Positions 39,360-49,996 of a stretch of DNA of 64,000 nucleotides are shown piece after piece; position 1 is the first letter of the stretch; the number at the start of each line of letters is the position of its first letter. The stretch lies in assembly GCF_964204645.1 (NCBI RefSeq), contig NC_134029.1:13418850-13482849 (forward strand), written 5' to 3'. This stretch comes from Tubulanus polymorphus (taxonomy: Eukaryota; Animalia; Nemertea). The position numbers and the translations under genes are program-made. The notes beneath the pieces are model-generated. The model saw nothing but the letters and a program-made list of their open reading frames with translations. It was not told the DNA's origin and ran no database searches.

Positions 39360-40034
39360 ATGGAACCAGAACAACCACAAACTATCAATATTACAAATAA
39401 CACTGGCGTTATAAACATATACTACAAGAAGTGTTCTAAATGTGAATTAGATAAATCATTAACAGAATTTAGTAAGCGTAAGATTAGCAAAGATGGTTTT
39501 CAATATTGCTGTAAAACTTGTACTAAACTATATACCAAACAATACCGAGAAGATAATGTAGAACATTATAATTATTATATGGCAGAATATATGAGAGAAA
39601 GATATCAAACAGATCTTAATTTTAGATTGAAACAATGCTTAAGATCTAGATTAACACAATTATTCAACAAAGAAACACATTCAGAAACACTATCTAATTT
39701 ATTGGGTTGTTCAGATGAATTTCTCAAATCATGGATTATATTTCAATTCGATGATAAAATGAACATAGATAATTATGGGGATTATTACCATATTTATCAT
39801 ACGTTACCGATTTCTAAATTTAACATGAATGATGAATACAATAAAAAACTTATTTGGAATTGGAAGAATTTAAGACCTTTAGAAAAGAAGGAGAACATAA
39901 TTAAATCTAATAAACTAGATTTACAGTTATATTTAGAACAGTTAACAAAGGCAAAGAAATTTATTGATCAATGGAACAATGATCCAAATAATGAACAATA
40001 CGTTGAGGAATTTGATATCAAGGATCCGAAATGA
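39360..40034 (+). CDS. Zn-ribbon plus HNH-like endonuclease of the type common in large DNA viruses
   Basis: KKCSKC...FSKRKISKDG..YCCKTC; LLGCS..FLK.WI..QFDDKMNIDNYG.YYHIYHTLPISKF...WKNLRPLEKKENIIK. The usual HIDH reads HIYH here. Confidence 0.7.
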   Translation: MEPEQPQTINITNNTGVINIYYKKCSKCELDKSLTEFSKRKISKDGFQYCCKTCTKLYTKQYREDNVEHYNYYMAEYMRERYQTDLNFRLKQCLRSRLTQLFNKETHSETLSNLLGCSDEFLKSWIIFQFDDKMNIDNYGDYYHIYHTLPISKFNMNDEYNKKLIWNWKNLRPLEKKENIIKSNKLDLQLYLEQLTKAKKFIDQWNNDPNNEQYVEEFDIKDPK

Positions 40035-40312
40035 CTTATCTGGACAGTTATAATTACTGCTCCTAATAGATAAACAAAAGTAGTGAGATATCAAATAGAT
40101 TTTAAATAAAAAGTATTTAAAAAACAATAACTTCAACTAGCTTGTGAATTCTATTATATTTTTAATATTTTCTTTTCAAAAAAGAATACTTTATATCACA
40201 AATAAAAAATACTAAAAAAACAATAACTAATACTAGAAAACTTTAGCTTTAACTAGCTAGTATCATTTTATAATACTTATAATATTTTTCTTATTAAATT
40301 TCTCTAATATCA

Positions 40313-40915
40313 ATGTCAAAGAAATCTAATAAGAATAGTATTGATATTGAAAAGACATTAGATGATTTGGGTATAAGTGATAATAAAGATACAGTTGTTT
40401 CTAATTCTATTCAAGTTAATAACAATATTGATTATGAATACTACTTATATTGTAAGCATCATCTAGAACTATTGATTGCCGGTGGAAAAACTAAAGGGTT
40501 TTTAACTAAGACTATTACTTTTCAAGAATTAGATGTTATGAAACCAGATAAAGTAATAAAATATTTTAAGATTTATGAAGAAGCAAGATTATCCCGAATA
40601 AATGATTCTATTTCAGATGGTATTGTCAAATGTTATTCTAAGTTATGTAACCAGTTAATACCAATTAATGATGAAAATAAATTATATAGTGATTTGAAAG
40701 ATGACTACTTAGTTATGACTGAATTACAAAAATGGGTTGGTTACGCTTCATTCCAATTAGGATCGTTTATGACATTAATTTCTACTGGCGGCATAACATT
40801 TTCGAATATCAAGCCTATGGAATATAAATCAGGTAAGAACGAAACAGATGAACTACAAACAAACGGTGAAACAGAAAATGAATCAGAACAAAAATTAACT
40901 AAAATAAATGAGTGA
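40313..40915 (+). CDS. Uncharacterised Polinton protein (200 aa)
   Basis: Intact ORF in a tightly packed + cluster, with a hydrophobic segment near the C-terminus. Confidence 0.7.
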   Translation: MSKKSNKNSIDIEKTLDDLGISDNKDTVVSNSIQVNNNIDYEYYLYCKHHLELLIAGGKTKGFLTKTITFQELDVMKPDKVIKYFKIYEEARLSRINDSISDGIVKCYSKLCNQLIPINDENKLYSDLKDDYLVMTELQKWVGYASFQLGSFMTLISTGGITFSNIKPMEYKSGKNETDELQTNGETENESEQKLTKINE

Positions 40916-41271
40916 TAGCGTTAAGAAAAAGGCTAGATCCGAGAAACAAATTAAATTGGCAAGAGAATTAGGTAAAAGATCTTCAGAATTAAAAAAAGCT
41001 AAGAAAAATAAATTAACTGATATAAATGAATCACAGACTTTATCTGATATTAATTCAAATAATAATCTAATTCTTCTAATGCTGGAAGTAATTATAAATT
41101 ATATATTACAATTGGATTAGTAACAGTTATTATATTATCCGGTGTAATATATAAATCAAAATTCAAATCTGATGATAAATATGATTCCAATGACAATAAA
41201 CCTATCATACCAGAAAATAAGTCAAATCATAAAGCCATTGAAACTAAATCTAAATTATTATTAATGGATTA
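40908..41271 (+). pseudogene. Small basic protein with probable TM segment, likely frameshifted
   Basis: MSDSVKKKARSEKQIKLARELGK...; another frame continues as YILQL-like/IGLVTVIILSGVIYK to a stop at ~41271. Confidence 0.45.
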
Positions 41272-41278
41272 AAATAAA

Positions 41279-42382
41279 ATGAAAAAAGAACAATATTTAA
41301 GAGATTTATATTATAACCCAGAAAGTGAAGTATCATATTCTAACGTTTCAGAATTATGGAATAAAATTAAATCTGATAAGAAAAATGGTGATATAAAATA
41401 TAGTGAATTGAAATCATGGTTACAAAATCAACCAACATATCAAATCCACAAGAAAATGGATAAAACTTATTTAACAAGAAAAGTTATGGTTTCATATATC
41501 GATCAACAATGGCAAGCAGATTTAATTGACATGAAGAACTTAGAAGAATACAACAGAGGATATTTCTGGATACTGAATGTTATAGATATATTCAGTAGAT
41601 AGGCATGGTCAATTCCAATCAAAAATAAAACTGGTATAGAAGTAACAAATGCTTTTAAATCTATATTTAAAGAAGCTATTCCAGATAAGATACAATTTGA
41701 TGAAGGTAAAGAATTTTATAACAAACATTTTAAAAAACTATTATCTGATAACGATGTAGATTATTTTTCAACACACTCAGATAAAAAAGCATCTATTATA
41801 GAAAGATTTAATAAAACATTGAAAACTAGAATGTGGAAATACTTTACTGCTAATGAAACATATAAATATATCGATGAGTCTATAAATATATTAGATGATT
41901 TAGTGAAAGGTTATAATAATTCTAAACATAGTTCTATAAATATGAAACCTATACAAGCTAGAAAAGAAGATAATTCGGAAATAGTTTGGAATAATTTATA
42001 TGGAGCATTTGTTACACATGATTTCGGAGAACCTAAATTTAAAAATGTACAACACGTAAGAATATCTAAATATAGAAAAACATTTTATAAAGGTTATACT
42101 CCAAATTTTACTGAAGAAATATTTAAGATTAAAAAGATAATATTAACTAAACCATTTGTTTATAAACTAGAAGATTTAAAAGATGAAGAAATATTAGGTT
42201 ATTTCTATGAACAAGAATTATCACTTGTACCAAATCCAGATGAAATAGAATACAAAATAGAAAAAGTATTGAAAACAAAAACTCTTAAAGGAAAAAAGTA
42301 TTCTTTGGTGAAATATAAAGGATATGATGATAAATTTAATGAATGGATTTTATCTAGTAAAATTAAAAGAATAAATGAATAA
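41279..42382 (+). pseudogene. Retroviral-like (rve) integrase with C-terminal chromodomain; one nonsense codon
   Basis: DDE motifs QWQADLIDM, IQFDEGKEF and IERFNKTLK; chromodomain YKIEKVLK...SLVKYKGYDDKFNEWI. Both track ORFs are in the same frame, separated only by TAG at 41600-41602 (IDIFSR*AW, expected Y). Confidence 0.93.
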
Positions 42383-42986
42383 AGATTTATTTATATTTGA
42401 ACCTCATAATATGTTAGTTACTGGAGTAACAAACTGTGGTAAAACACATTTCATATTAGATTTGTTAGAAACTATTTATAAGAATCATTTTGATAATATA
42501 ATATTATTCTGCCCTACTTATGAAATGAATAAAACATATGATAGAGATATAGTTAAGATGAAAAAGTTTATTATATTAGATCCTAAAACAGTAAAAGAAA
42601 ATTTAGATAATTGTATAAAAATAGCAATTGATGCTTATAAAGGATCAAATACATTATTCATTGTAGATGATTGCGCAAATTTACATGATTCAAAAGTTAG
42701 AGAAAGTGAGTTATGTTATCTAGCTTTCTCTGGAAGACATTTTGGGATAACAACATGGGTTTTAAATCAAAAATATAATTCAATTGTTAAAGACTTTAGG
42801 GAGAATATAAGATTTCTATTTTTATTCTACAACAAAGATAAAAAATCTATGCAACAATCATTGGAAGAAAATCAAATTATACCTACTGAATTATATGATG
42901 AATATATGAATAAATTAAAGAATAATAAAGGTTCAAAATTATTACTGAGACTACAATTTCCATATGAATATAAATTTATAAAATAA
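42375..42986 (+). CDS. A32/FtsK-like genome packaging ATPase
   Basis: Walker A GVTNCGKT, Walker B LFIVDD, and SGRHFGITTWVLNQ. Confidence 0.92.
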   Translation: MNKDLFIFEPHNMLVTGVTNCGKTHFILDLLETIYKNHFDNIILFCPTYEMNKTYDRDIVKMKKFIILDPKTVKENLDNCIKIAIDAYKGSNTLFIVDDCANLHDSKVRESELCYLAFSGRHFGITTWVLNQKYNSIVKDFRENIRFLFLFYNKDKKSMQQSLEENQIIPTELYDEYMNKLKNNKGSKLLLRLQFPYEYKFIK

Positions 42987-43331
42987 ATATTTGTATACCT
43001 ATGTATTACATACCCTAATACCTGATACCCTATTAGATACCTTAAATACTTAAAACCCCCTTTTTTAAAATAAATATTATTTATACAATTTTCAACCAAT
43101 TTATTTTCATTTTTTCAACAAATATATGAATAAGTTTGAAAATAATTAAGGTTATTTATTATTACTGAGGTTTCAATTTCCATATGAGTATCAGTTTATA
43201 GAATAAGATATTTTTATGTATTAGATTGTATTAGATTGTATTAAATATGTATTAAATACCTTAAATACCTTAAATACTTAAAACCCCCTTTTTTATTTAC
43301 TATTATTTTATACAATTTTCAACCTTTATTA

Positions 43332-44126
43332 TTATTTGATTGTTAGATAATTACTTTCTGAATCACTTTCACTATCAGACCCTAACAATTTTCTCAAATT
43401 CTCTACCGAATTTTCTTCTTCAAATTCTCTATTATTTTTATACTTATTTTTCACCTTTTTTACCGAATCATCAATAGTTGTTTCATTGTTATGCTTATTC
43501 ATCCAATCAAATTTATCATTATTTTCTACTTTATGTTTCATAGAATCTTTATTAGTGTTTGCTCCTAATATTTCATTTACAGTGTTTGATCCTAATATTT
43601 CATTAGCATCAGTTAAATCTAATTCATCTTTATTAGGTGTTGCTAATAAAAAATCTTCATATAATTCTTTACCATTTACTTTTTTATTTGAAACAAATTT
43701 TTTAACATATCTAAATGGGTGTTCTATAAATTCTCTTAAACCAACACGTTCTATAACATTAGTAATATGTACCTTTGTATTCATATGTTTATTCCAATTT
43801 GATGGAGCGTTTGAAAATTCACCTTTACAATAATCACAATAATTTCTATTTTCACTAACATTTAATATTATTTCATCATTAGATGTAGAAGGTATTACTG
43901 TAGTAGGTATTACTGTAGTAGGTATTACATTATTATCAATTACATTACTTAAATTATCAACAACACCACTTTTATTATTATCGATTTCTATTAGTTGAGT
44001 TTTATAAATTTTGAAAATAGGATCAAATATCAAAGCTATATTACAAGGTATTACATAATATAAACCATCATTATTTTCATGTGTATCGATGTATGGAATA
44101 TGTTTATATACTTTACCTCCTTCCAT
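43332..44126 (-). CDS. Uncharacterised protein with a C2H2/U1-like zinc finger
   Basis: YCDYCKGEFSNAPSNWNKHMNTKVH; VIPTT repeats; acidic tail. Confidence 0.65.
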   Translation of the reverse strand: MEGGKVYKHIPYIDTHENNDGLYYVIPCNIALIFDPIFKIYKTQLIEIDNNKSGVVDNLSNVIDNNVIPTTVIPTTVIPSTSNDEIILNVSENRNYCDYCKGEFSNAPSNWNKHMNTKVHITNVIERVGLREFIEHPFRYVKKFVSNKKVNGKELYEDFLLATPNKDELDLTDANEILGSNTVNEILGANTNKDSMKHKVENNDKFDWMNKHNNETTIDDSVKKVKNKYKNNREFEEENSVENLRKLLGSDSESDSESNYLTIK

Positions 44127-44158
44127 TTATTATATATATATTTATTAAAGTTAAAATT

Positions 44159-45403
44159 TTAATACATAACACTATCTAATTGTGAATTCACAATATTTAA
44201 TTGCGCGTCAGATATAATATAAATGTGCATTTTGAAATTTTTGATTCCTTTATTCTTTGTCATGAATAATTGTATTCCATCTTTAGTGTTCTGTAGTTTT
44301 TTCCCAGAACGATGTAATGAATTATCCTCTGCTGTTCTAAAATCTAACCATAATGCGTATTTATTACCGGTATAATAATCAATTTGATTAATATTACAAT
44401 TTTCAGATGATTTCACTTTTTCATTCATAAAATGTTTTCTAATTTCTGGCCACTGATCAATCATTCTCATTCCTTGACAAAATATTTTATTTGCTATTCC
44501 TTCGATAAATATTTCTATTTTTGTTATTTCATGATTATAATAATTATCAACATTTATTGCGCCATTAGTATATGTTGCAATTGTAAAAAATATTAATATA
44601 CCTTTAATAGATCTTCTTGGGAAGTTAATATTGTCATTAATTATTTCATCATTTGCATTAATGGTAACAGTTTTAAATTTATCAATATAATCATATAATA
44701 ATGAAAATCCTTGATTGTATTGAGTTTGAATTATACTTGAAATATTTTCATCAGTTACTGTATCATATTCTAAACATATATTCGATAATTTATAACTCAT
44801 ATCTTTATTAACGCTAGATAATACAATTTCATTTACAGGAGCAAATGTTATTTCGAATATAACGTCTTCTTGAATTGCATATTTATATAAAGGCGCATTG
44901 TTATTTATCAATTCAAAGTCTAATGGAATTTTATATTTGCTTCCATATATACTTTTTATCAATTTATCTACAGCATTAGTTAATATTGCGCTATTAGCTT
45001 CTGATCTTAATTTATTTTGGTTTTCCGATTGAATGCCCTGAAATATATTATTTCTATTTTCTTTAGTTACCCATAAATCTTTATAATGCATGAATAAATT
45101 ATAATCATCTAATGAGAAAACTGTTTCTGGACCAATCTTTATAGTTAATTTTTTAATCAAATATCTTCCAACATTATCAACAACATAATTATTATTATTA
45201 CCGATTACTTTTATATCGGCTGATAAATAAATACTATTTGGAACGTAAAAAGTATTTTGTGTTAATCTAGGAATTCTAACGTATAAAGTTTCATCGGGAT
45301 TAATATTTGAAGGATTATGAGTAATTATATGATGTGATCTTTCTGCTTTAATAGCATTAGATATTCTAGAAATCTTAGAAGGACTTATATAACTCCCACC
45401 CAT
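44159..45403 (-). CDS. Putative double jelly-roll major capsid protein (414 aa)
   Basis: Size, beta-rich pattern (LIKKLTIKIG, YKIPLDFEL, YKLSNICLEYDTV, YALWLDFR) and genomic context; fold is inferred. Confidence 0.78.
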   Translation of the reverse strand: MGGSYISPSKISRISNAIKAERSHHIITHNPSNINPDETLYVRIPRLTQNTFYVPNSIYLSADIKVIGNNNNYVVDNVGRYLIKKLTIKIGPETVFSLDDYNLFMHYKDLWVTKENRNNIFQGIQSENQNKLRSEANSAILTNAVDKLIKSIYGSKYKIPLDFELINNNAPLYKYAIQEDVIFEITFAPVNEIVLSSVNKDMSYKLSNICLEYDTVTDENISSIIQTQYNQGFSLLYDYIDKFKTVTINANDEIINDNINFPRRSIKGILIFFTIATYTNGAINVDNYYNHEITKIEIFIEGIANKIFCQGMRMIDQWPEIRKHFMNEKVKSSENCNINQIDYYTGNKYALWLDFRTAEDNSLHRSGKKLQNTKDGIQLFMTKNKGIKNFKMHIYIISDAQLNIVNSQLDSVMY

Positions 45404-45445
45404 TTATTTAACAAAAAAAAATTAATTATTTATTTTTTATCATGG

Positions 45446-47134
45446 TTACTTGATATTTTTTGATATCATATTTACTAACCCAAAAATAATAGCACTTACA
45501 ACTGTAATTAAAAATAAAATAATATGTTCAGCAGCAAAGTTAATAATGTTTCCTGCAGATTTCAATATAAAACCAACAATTGATGCAATAATTCCTGGTA
45601 AAGCTGCAGCAGATTTTTTAGATAGTTCCCATAAATATTTTGCTAATTTCTTTAAACCATCCTTAATTTTATCTTGTATAGAATTATTATCATTCGGGGG
45701 TTTATCCGGTTTATTGGGAGTAGGAGTAGATTTCAAAGAATTTGATATTGCTAAACCAATTGTTGTAAATAACATAGTTACAGCTGTTAGAATTGAAAGA
45801 ATTGTTATTCCTTCTAATTTAAATAATAATTTTATTCTATCTTTCAATGATATTTTAGAATCTGATTTTATCAACAAATCTTTAAAAATAACTTTTAATT
45901 TTTTAATATGATTAAGATCATATGATTTTAATAATGTATCTCTTTCTTTTTCCTGTAATTGTTTGTTATATTTTAAATCATCTATTTCTTTTTCTAAAGC
46001 TAACTTTCTGCTTTCATAATCAGCTTCCTCGATTAATTGAAGATCTCTATTTAATTCTAATTGTTTTAATTCTTCATTTGCATTAGTTAATTCTTTTTCT
46101 AACATGGTTATTTTAGAAAATCTCATCTTAATATTAGCAATTTCACCAGCTGATTCTTGCATACCTTTAATTTCTCTACGTGCTTGTTCAGGAAATGCTT
46201 CTAATTCATCATCAGTTAAATCAAGTAATCCTTTTTCTAGTAAAGATTGTATTCCATTTATTCCAGTACTATTCATCTCTTCTTCTGAATCTCTTAATCT
46301 ATCAATTTGTTTTTCTAATACTAATTGTAATTGACTTGAATCATCATCAATTTGTTGAATATCTCTTCTCGATGTTTCGGGTGTTGAAGATCTTAATTTA
46401 TCTGATCGATCTCTATTCTCTTCCATTTCTGGATCAAAATCAGTAGGATTTGGATTTGGATTTTTAAATGGTGAATATTTGTTATAATCAATTTTAGGAA
46501 TTGGTTTTTCTTTATTTATTCTATCGATTGCATTCCATATAATTCTGAGAAATTCTCTACCGCCTTTTGAACCTTCAATTGTAGATCTTGATCGCATTCC
46601 AGGTTCAAAAATATTTTCTTGACCCATTCTAGATAATTGAATTGATACATTTTTGTTATTTAATTCAACATTATAATACCATGCATCATTTTAAAAGTCT
46701 AAATTATTCATGAAAAATGGGTCATCTTTTAAAATTTGTTCTACAACACCTTCGGAACCAATTTCATCTATTTCATCTTTTGGTAATAATACGTTAACAA
46801 TTGTATATATTACTCTATTTTTCATTAATTTTATTTGATATTTCATAAGAGGATCAGTTGTATTTACTAATCTTTCCATTAAATCCTTTCTAGATGTTGC
46901 GGTTCTAATAACTAACCTTTCGGTAGCTGTCATATATTCTTTAAATTCTTTACGCGTTTCATAATCATAATCATCACCATCATCATCATAATCGGGTATA
47001 TTTAAATTATTATTATATCCTGGCTCATTACCATCATTAAAACTTGTTTCACTAAAATCAGGTTGTTGTTCATCACTTATGCCGGGTTCATCTAAAGGAT
47101 CCAATGGAATATCTTCTCCACCTTCTACATCCAT
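45446..47134 (-). pseudogene. Acidic/coiled-coil protein with C-terminal hydrophobic helices (563 codons; one in-frame TAA)
   Basis: Track ORFs 46691-47134 and 45446-46627 are in the same frame, with only TAA at 46691-46693 between them (LDF*NDAWYYNVEL...SRMGQE). Confidence 0.72.
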
Positions 47135-47150
47135 TTATATAATAAAAAAA

Positions 47151-48473
47151 TTAAAATTTAAAATATAATATTCCTCCGATTACAATTCCTATACAGGTTA
47201 AAGCTAATTTAGTATTTTCATGGGATTTATTATCATCATTAGTTTTAATTATATCATGTTGAATATTATCAGTTTTAATATTTTCTGATGTATTGTAATC
47301 TTTTATTTTGGAGTCATTATCCAATTTAATATTCTTAGTTTTAGTTTCTGTTGATTGAATGTGTTTTTTATTTTTTTCACCTTCCATTAATTTTGGAGCA
47401 ATAATCTTTTTATTTATATCATTTAATCCAAATGAATTATTTATTGTTGCAGTTTTAATTAGATTATTATAACCAATTATGTTTCCCATCTTTAATACTA
47501 AATCATTAGAAATAATTAATAGATTAGGGCCTATACAATAATTTAATCTAATATGTGATTTATTTAAATAATTTTGATATCTTACAATGTTTTCTGGAAT
47601 CGATCTATTTTTATCATTATGAATTGAATCTTCAAATAATACTTTAAATTGTTTCTGCGCATCGAATGAAGTGTTATCATTTCCAACTTTTGGGGATCTT
47701 GTTTCAACTTGCGCACCTAAAATACATATCAAATAAGTTCTAATTGATTGATTTATTCTTTGTATTCCGGCTTTAGTAAAATCTTCACTATTTTCTAAAA
47801 TGAAATTAACCCAACCATTATTGTTTTGTTGTTGTATATTATTATAATATTTTGGTAATTCATTCCAATTTAGTGTTCTTATATCTGAATTTGTCATTAT
47901 TTTTCCAAATTCTTTAGTATATAATATTCCTAATCCGCCCATTGTTCCAATTTTTGCTCTAAAATCTTTATTTGAATTAATATTAAATTCATTACATATT
48001 TTATAAAACTTAGAAAAATTAATATTATTATTCAATTCTTTAAAATATTTTGAACCTGGTAAAGGACATTCTAATTCATCTAATATTAATTTTATTTGAA
48101 AATATGTATGAAATCTAAAAAGTGATAACATCAATGGTAAACTTGGTTTGTTTAAATGATCATTACAACTTATTCCACATCCTGTTGTTGCACAATAAAC
48201 AGCAAAATTTAATTGGTTCTGCCAATACTTCATATTAGATTTTAATAACCATTGTTTTGCCTCATTTAAATTTTTGAAATTAATTGTATACACATGAAAT
48301 ATATTTTCCATCTTTACATGAAAATTATTACTTTCAGTAACATAAATATATAAATCAATTAATGAATTTAAAACTTCATTTCTATATGTAATATCTTTAT
48401 TAAAATCTATTGCTGGAATATTATATTTAATTGATTTATTATATTGGAAAGCTTTTGGAAAACTATCTGCCAT
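47151..48473 (-). CDS. Uncharacterised 440-aa Polinton protein with C-terminal TM anchor
   Basis: Intact ORF; WQNQLNFAVYCATTGCG motif; ends LALTCIGIVIGGILYFKF; conserved in the 33415-34121 copy. Confidence 0.78.
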   Translation of the reverse strand: MADSFPKAFQYNKSIKYNIPAIDFNKDITYRNEVLNSLIDLYIYVTESNNFHVKMENIFHVYTINFKNLNEAKQWLLKSNMKYWQNQLNFAVYCATTGCGISCNDHLNKPSLPLMLSLFRFHTYFQIKLILDELECPLPGSKYFKELNNNINFSKFYKICNEFNINSNKDFRAKIGTMGGLGILYTKEFGKIMTNSDIRTLNWNELPKYYNNIQQQNNNGWVNFILENSEDFTKAGIQRINQSIRTYLICILGAQVETRSPKVGNDNTSFDAQKQFKVLFEDSIHNDKNRSIPENIVRYQNYLNKSHIRLNYCIGPNLLIISNDLVLKMGNIIGYNNLIKTATINNSFGLNDINKKIIAPKLMEGEKNKKHIQSTETKTKNIKLDNDSKIKDYNTSENIKTDNIQHDIIKTNDDNKSHENTKLALTCIGIVIGGILYFKF

Positions 48474-48601
48474 TTATATAATTAAAAAATTAATAATTAA
48501 CTAATTCTTTTAATAATTTATCTTGTTCTTCAACTGTTATATGGCCATTTAAACTTATGATATAATCTAGTGTGTTCTTTAACTCTTTCCATGCGACTTC
48601 T

Positions 48602-48955
48602 CTAAAAACCAGATCCTGAGATTTTATTAATTTCTTTTATATTAGTTTTAATTTTTTCTTTATTACTTTTTATATTTGATTTTGAACTTATACCAGTGAA
48701 AACACTTGAACTTAATCCTAATACACCAATTGATATAGCTAAAGGTGTTAATGGTGAAAATATTGCTAGAAATGTTATTACAGAACTAATTGTAACCGAA
48801 CCACTTATAATCAAATAATATATAATTTTACTTTTTAAATATTTTTTCTTTTTTATCTTTAAGTCACTTTCAAATTCTAATATTTGTTTTTCTAAATATG
48901 TTTTTAATTTAGTTTTATTTATATCATGAGGAATAATATCAATATTATCATCCAT
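48602..48955 (-). CDS. Small two-TM membrane protein (3' end possibly disrupted)
   Basis: Hydrophobic hairpin IIYYLIISGSVTISSVITFLAIF / LAISIGVLGLSSSVFTGI. Confidence 0.65.
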   Translation of the reverse strand: MDDNIDIIPHDINKTKLKTYLEKQILEFESDLKIKKKKYLKSKIIYYLIISGSVTISSVITFLAIFSPLTPLAISIGVLGLSSSVFTGISSKSNIKSNKEKIKTNIKEINKISGSGF

Positions 48956-48976
48956 TTATTTAGCAAAAAAAAATTA

Positions 48977-49389
48977 CTAATTAGTAAACTTATAAGCAAC
49001 AAATATAACAATAACAGTTCCACCTAAAATCCATATTATTTCATATTTCTTCTGTTCATTACTTGGGGTATAATAATCTGATAATTTGGGTTTGTATAGA
49101 TGTAATTTTTCTTTATTGGTTACCGCGTTATATAAACTCATTGCATCATCAATTGATTGAAAATCTCTATGTGAAATCTTCTCATCATATAATTCCTTGT
49201 TAATATAATCCATATAGTTTTGCCTCTTTTCTCTCTTGCTTTATTGTATTTCTCTAATGCTAAGTTATGTCTTTTTTGTTCTGTTAATGAACCATTTTTA
49301 TCAATATGTTTAAATAAATATCCACCACCAGTAAATGCTAAAGCGTTAACAATTGCTGATCCTATAATAGTTATAACTGCAGAAGCCAT
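48977..49389 (-). pseudogene. Small membrane protein split by a frameshift
   Basis: MASAVITIIGSAIVNALAFTGGG...EQKRHNLALEK switches frame near 49220 into MDYINKEL...WILGGTVIVIFVAYKF. Confidence 0.65.
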
Positions 49390-49413
49390 TTATTTAGTAA
49401 AATAATTACGCAT

Positions 49414-49635
49414 TTATATGGGAGGAATATATTTTTGTTTTTCTAAATAATCAATAGTTAAATTAGATAAAGTAACTGCTAATGTTAATTTTAAGATATC
49501 ATTTATATCAAATCTATCAACATTAACACTTCCCATTTTAAATACTTTTTTTAATACCATTAAATAACCAACAGTTCCAACTGATAGTAATGCTCCATTA
49601 TATAATCCAGTTATTATCCACTTATTATCACTCAT
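49414..49635 (-). CDS. Small hydrophobic protein (73 aa)
   Basis: Intact ORF with TAAATG start; conserved in the fragment at ~34892-34950. Confidence 0.65.
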   Translation of the reverse strand: MSDNKWIITGLYNGALLSVGTVGYLMVLKKVFKMGSVNVDRFDINDILKLTLAVTLSNLTIDYLEKQKYIPPI

Positions 49636-49979
49636 TTATTTATCAAAAAAATTACAAATTCATCAAAATATTTAGTTATCTTAGTGATGATTAATTCAAC
49701 ATTTATTTCATTACTACTTTGATGATTATCATATATTTTGGATAATATGTTTTTGATATCTTCAATAATTCCATCTTCATTTAATTCATAATATTCTAAA
49801 GGCGTTTTAATTAAATCAATTACTTTTTCTATATTATAATTTTCTTTATCAATCATTGATGCATTGTTAAATGATTTACTTTTTATATCAGTAATTACAT
49901 CATTTAGTTTAATTCTCATTTCTTTACCATGTTTAAAATCAAACCCAAAACATATACTCGGTCCAACAGTTATATTCAT
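49632..49979 (-). CDS. Uncharacterised 115-aa protein
   Basis: Intact ORF; homologue at 34954-35258. Confidence 0.65.
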   Translation of the reverse strand: MNITVGPSICFGFDFKHGKEMRIKLNDVITDIKSKSFNNASMIDKENYNIEKVIDLIKTPLEYYELNEDGIIEDIKNILSKIYDNHQSSNEINVELIITKITKYFDEFVIFLINK

Positions 49980-49996
49980 TTATATAGTGAAAAGAA

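Noticed and set aside
45450-46446. Plus-strand ORFs opposite the coiled-coil gene (also 43486-43833, 31934-32635)
   Set aside because: Antisense shadows with no motifs and no TAAATG starts.
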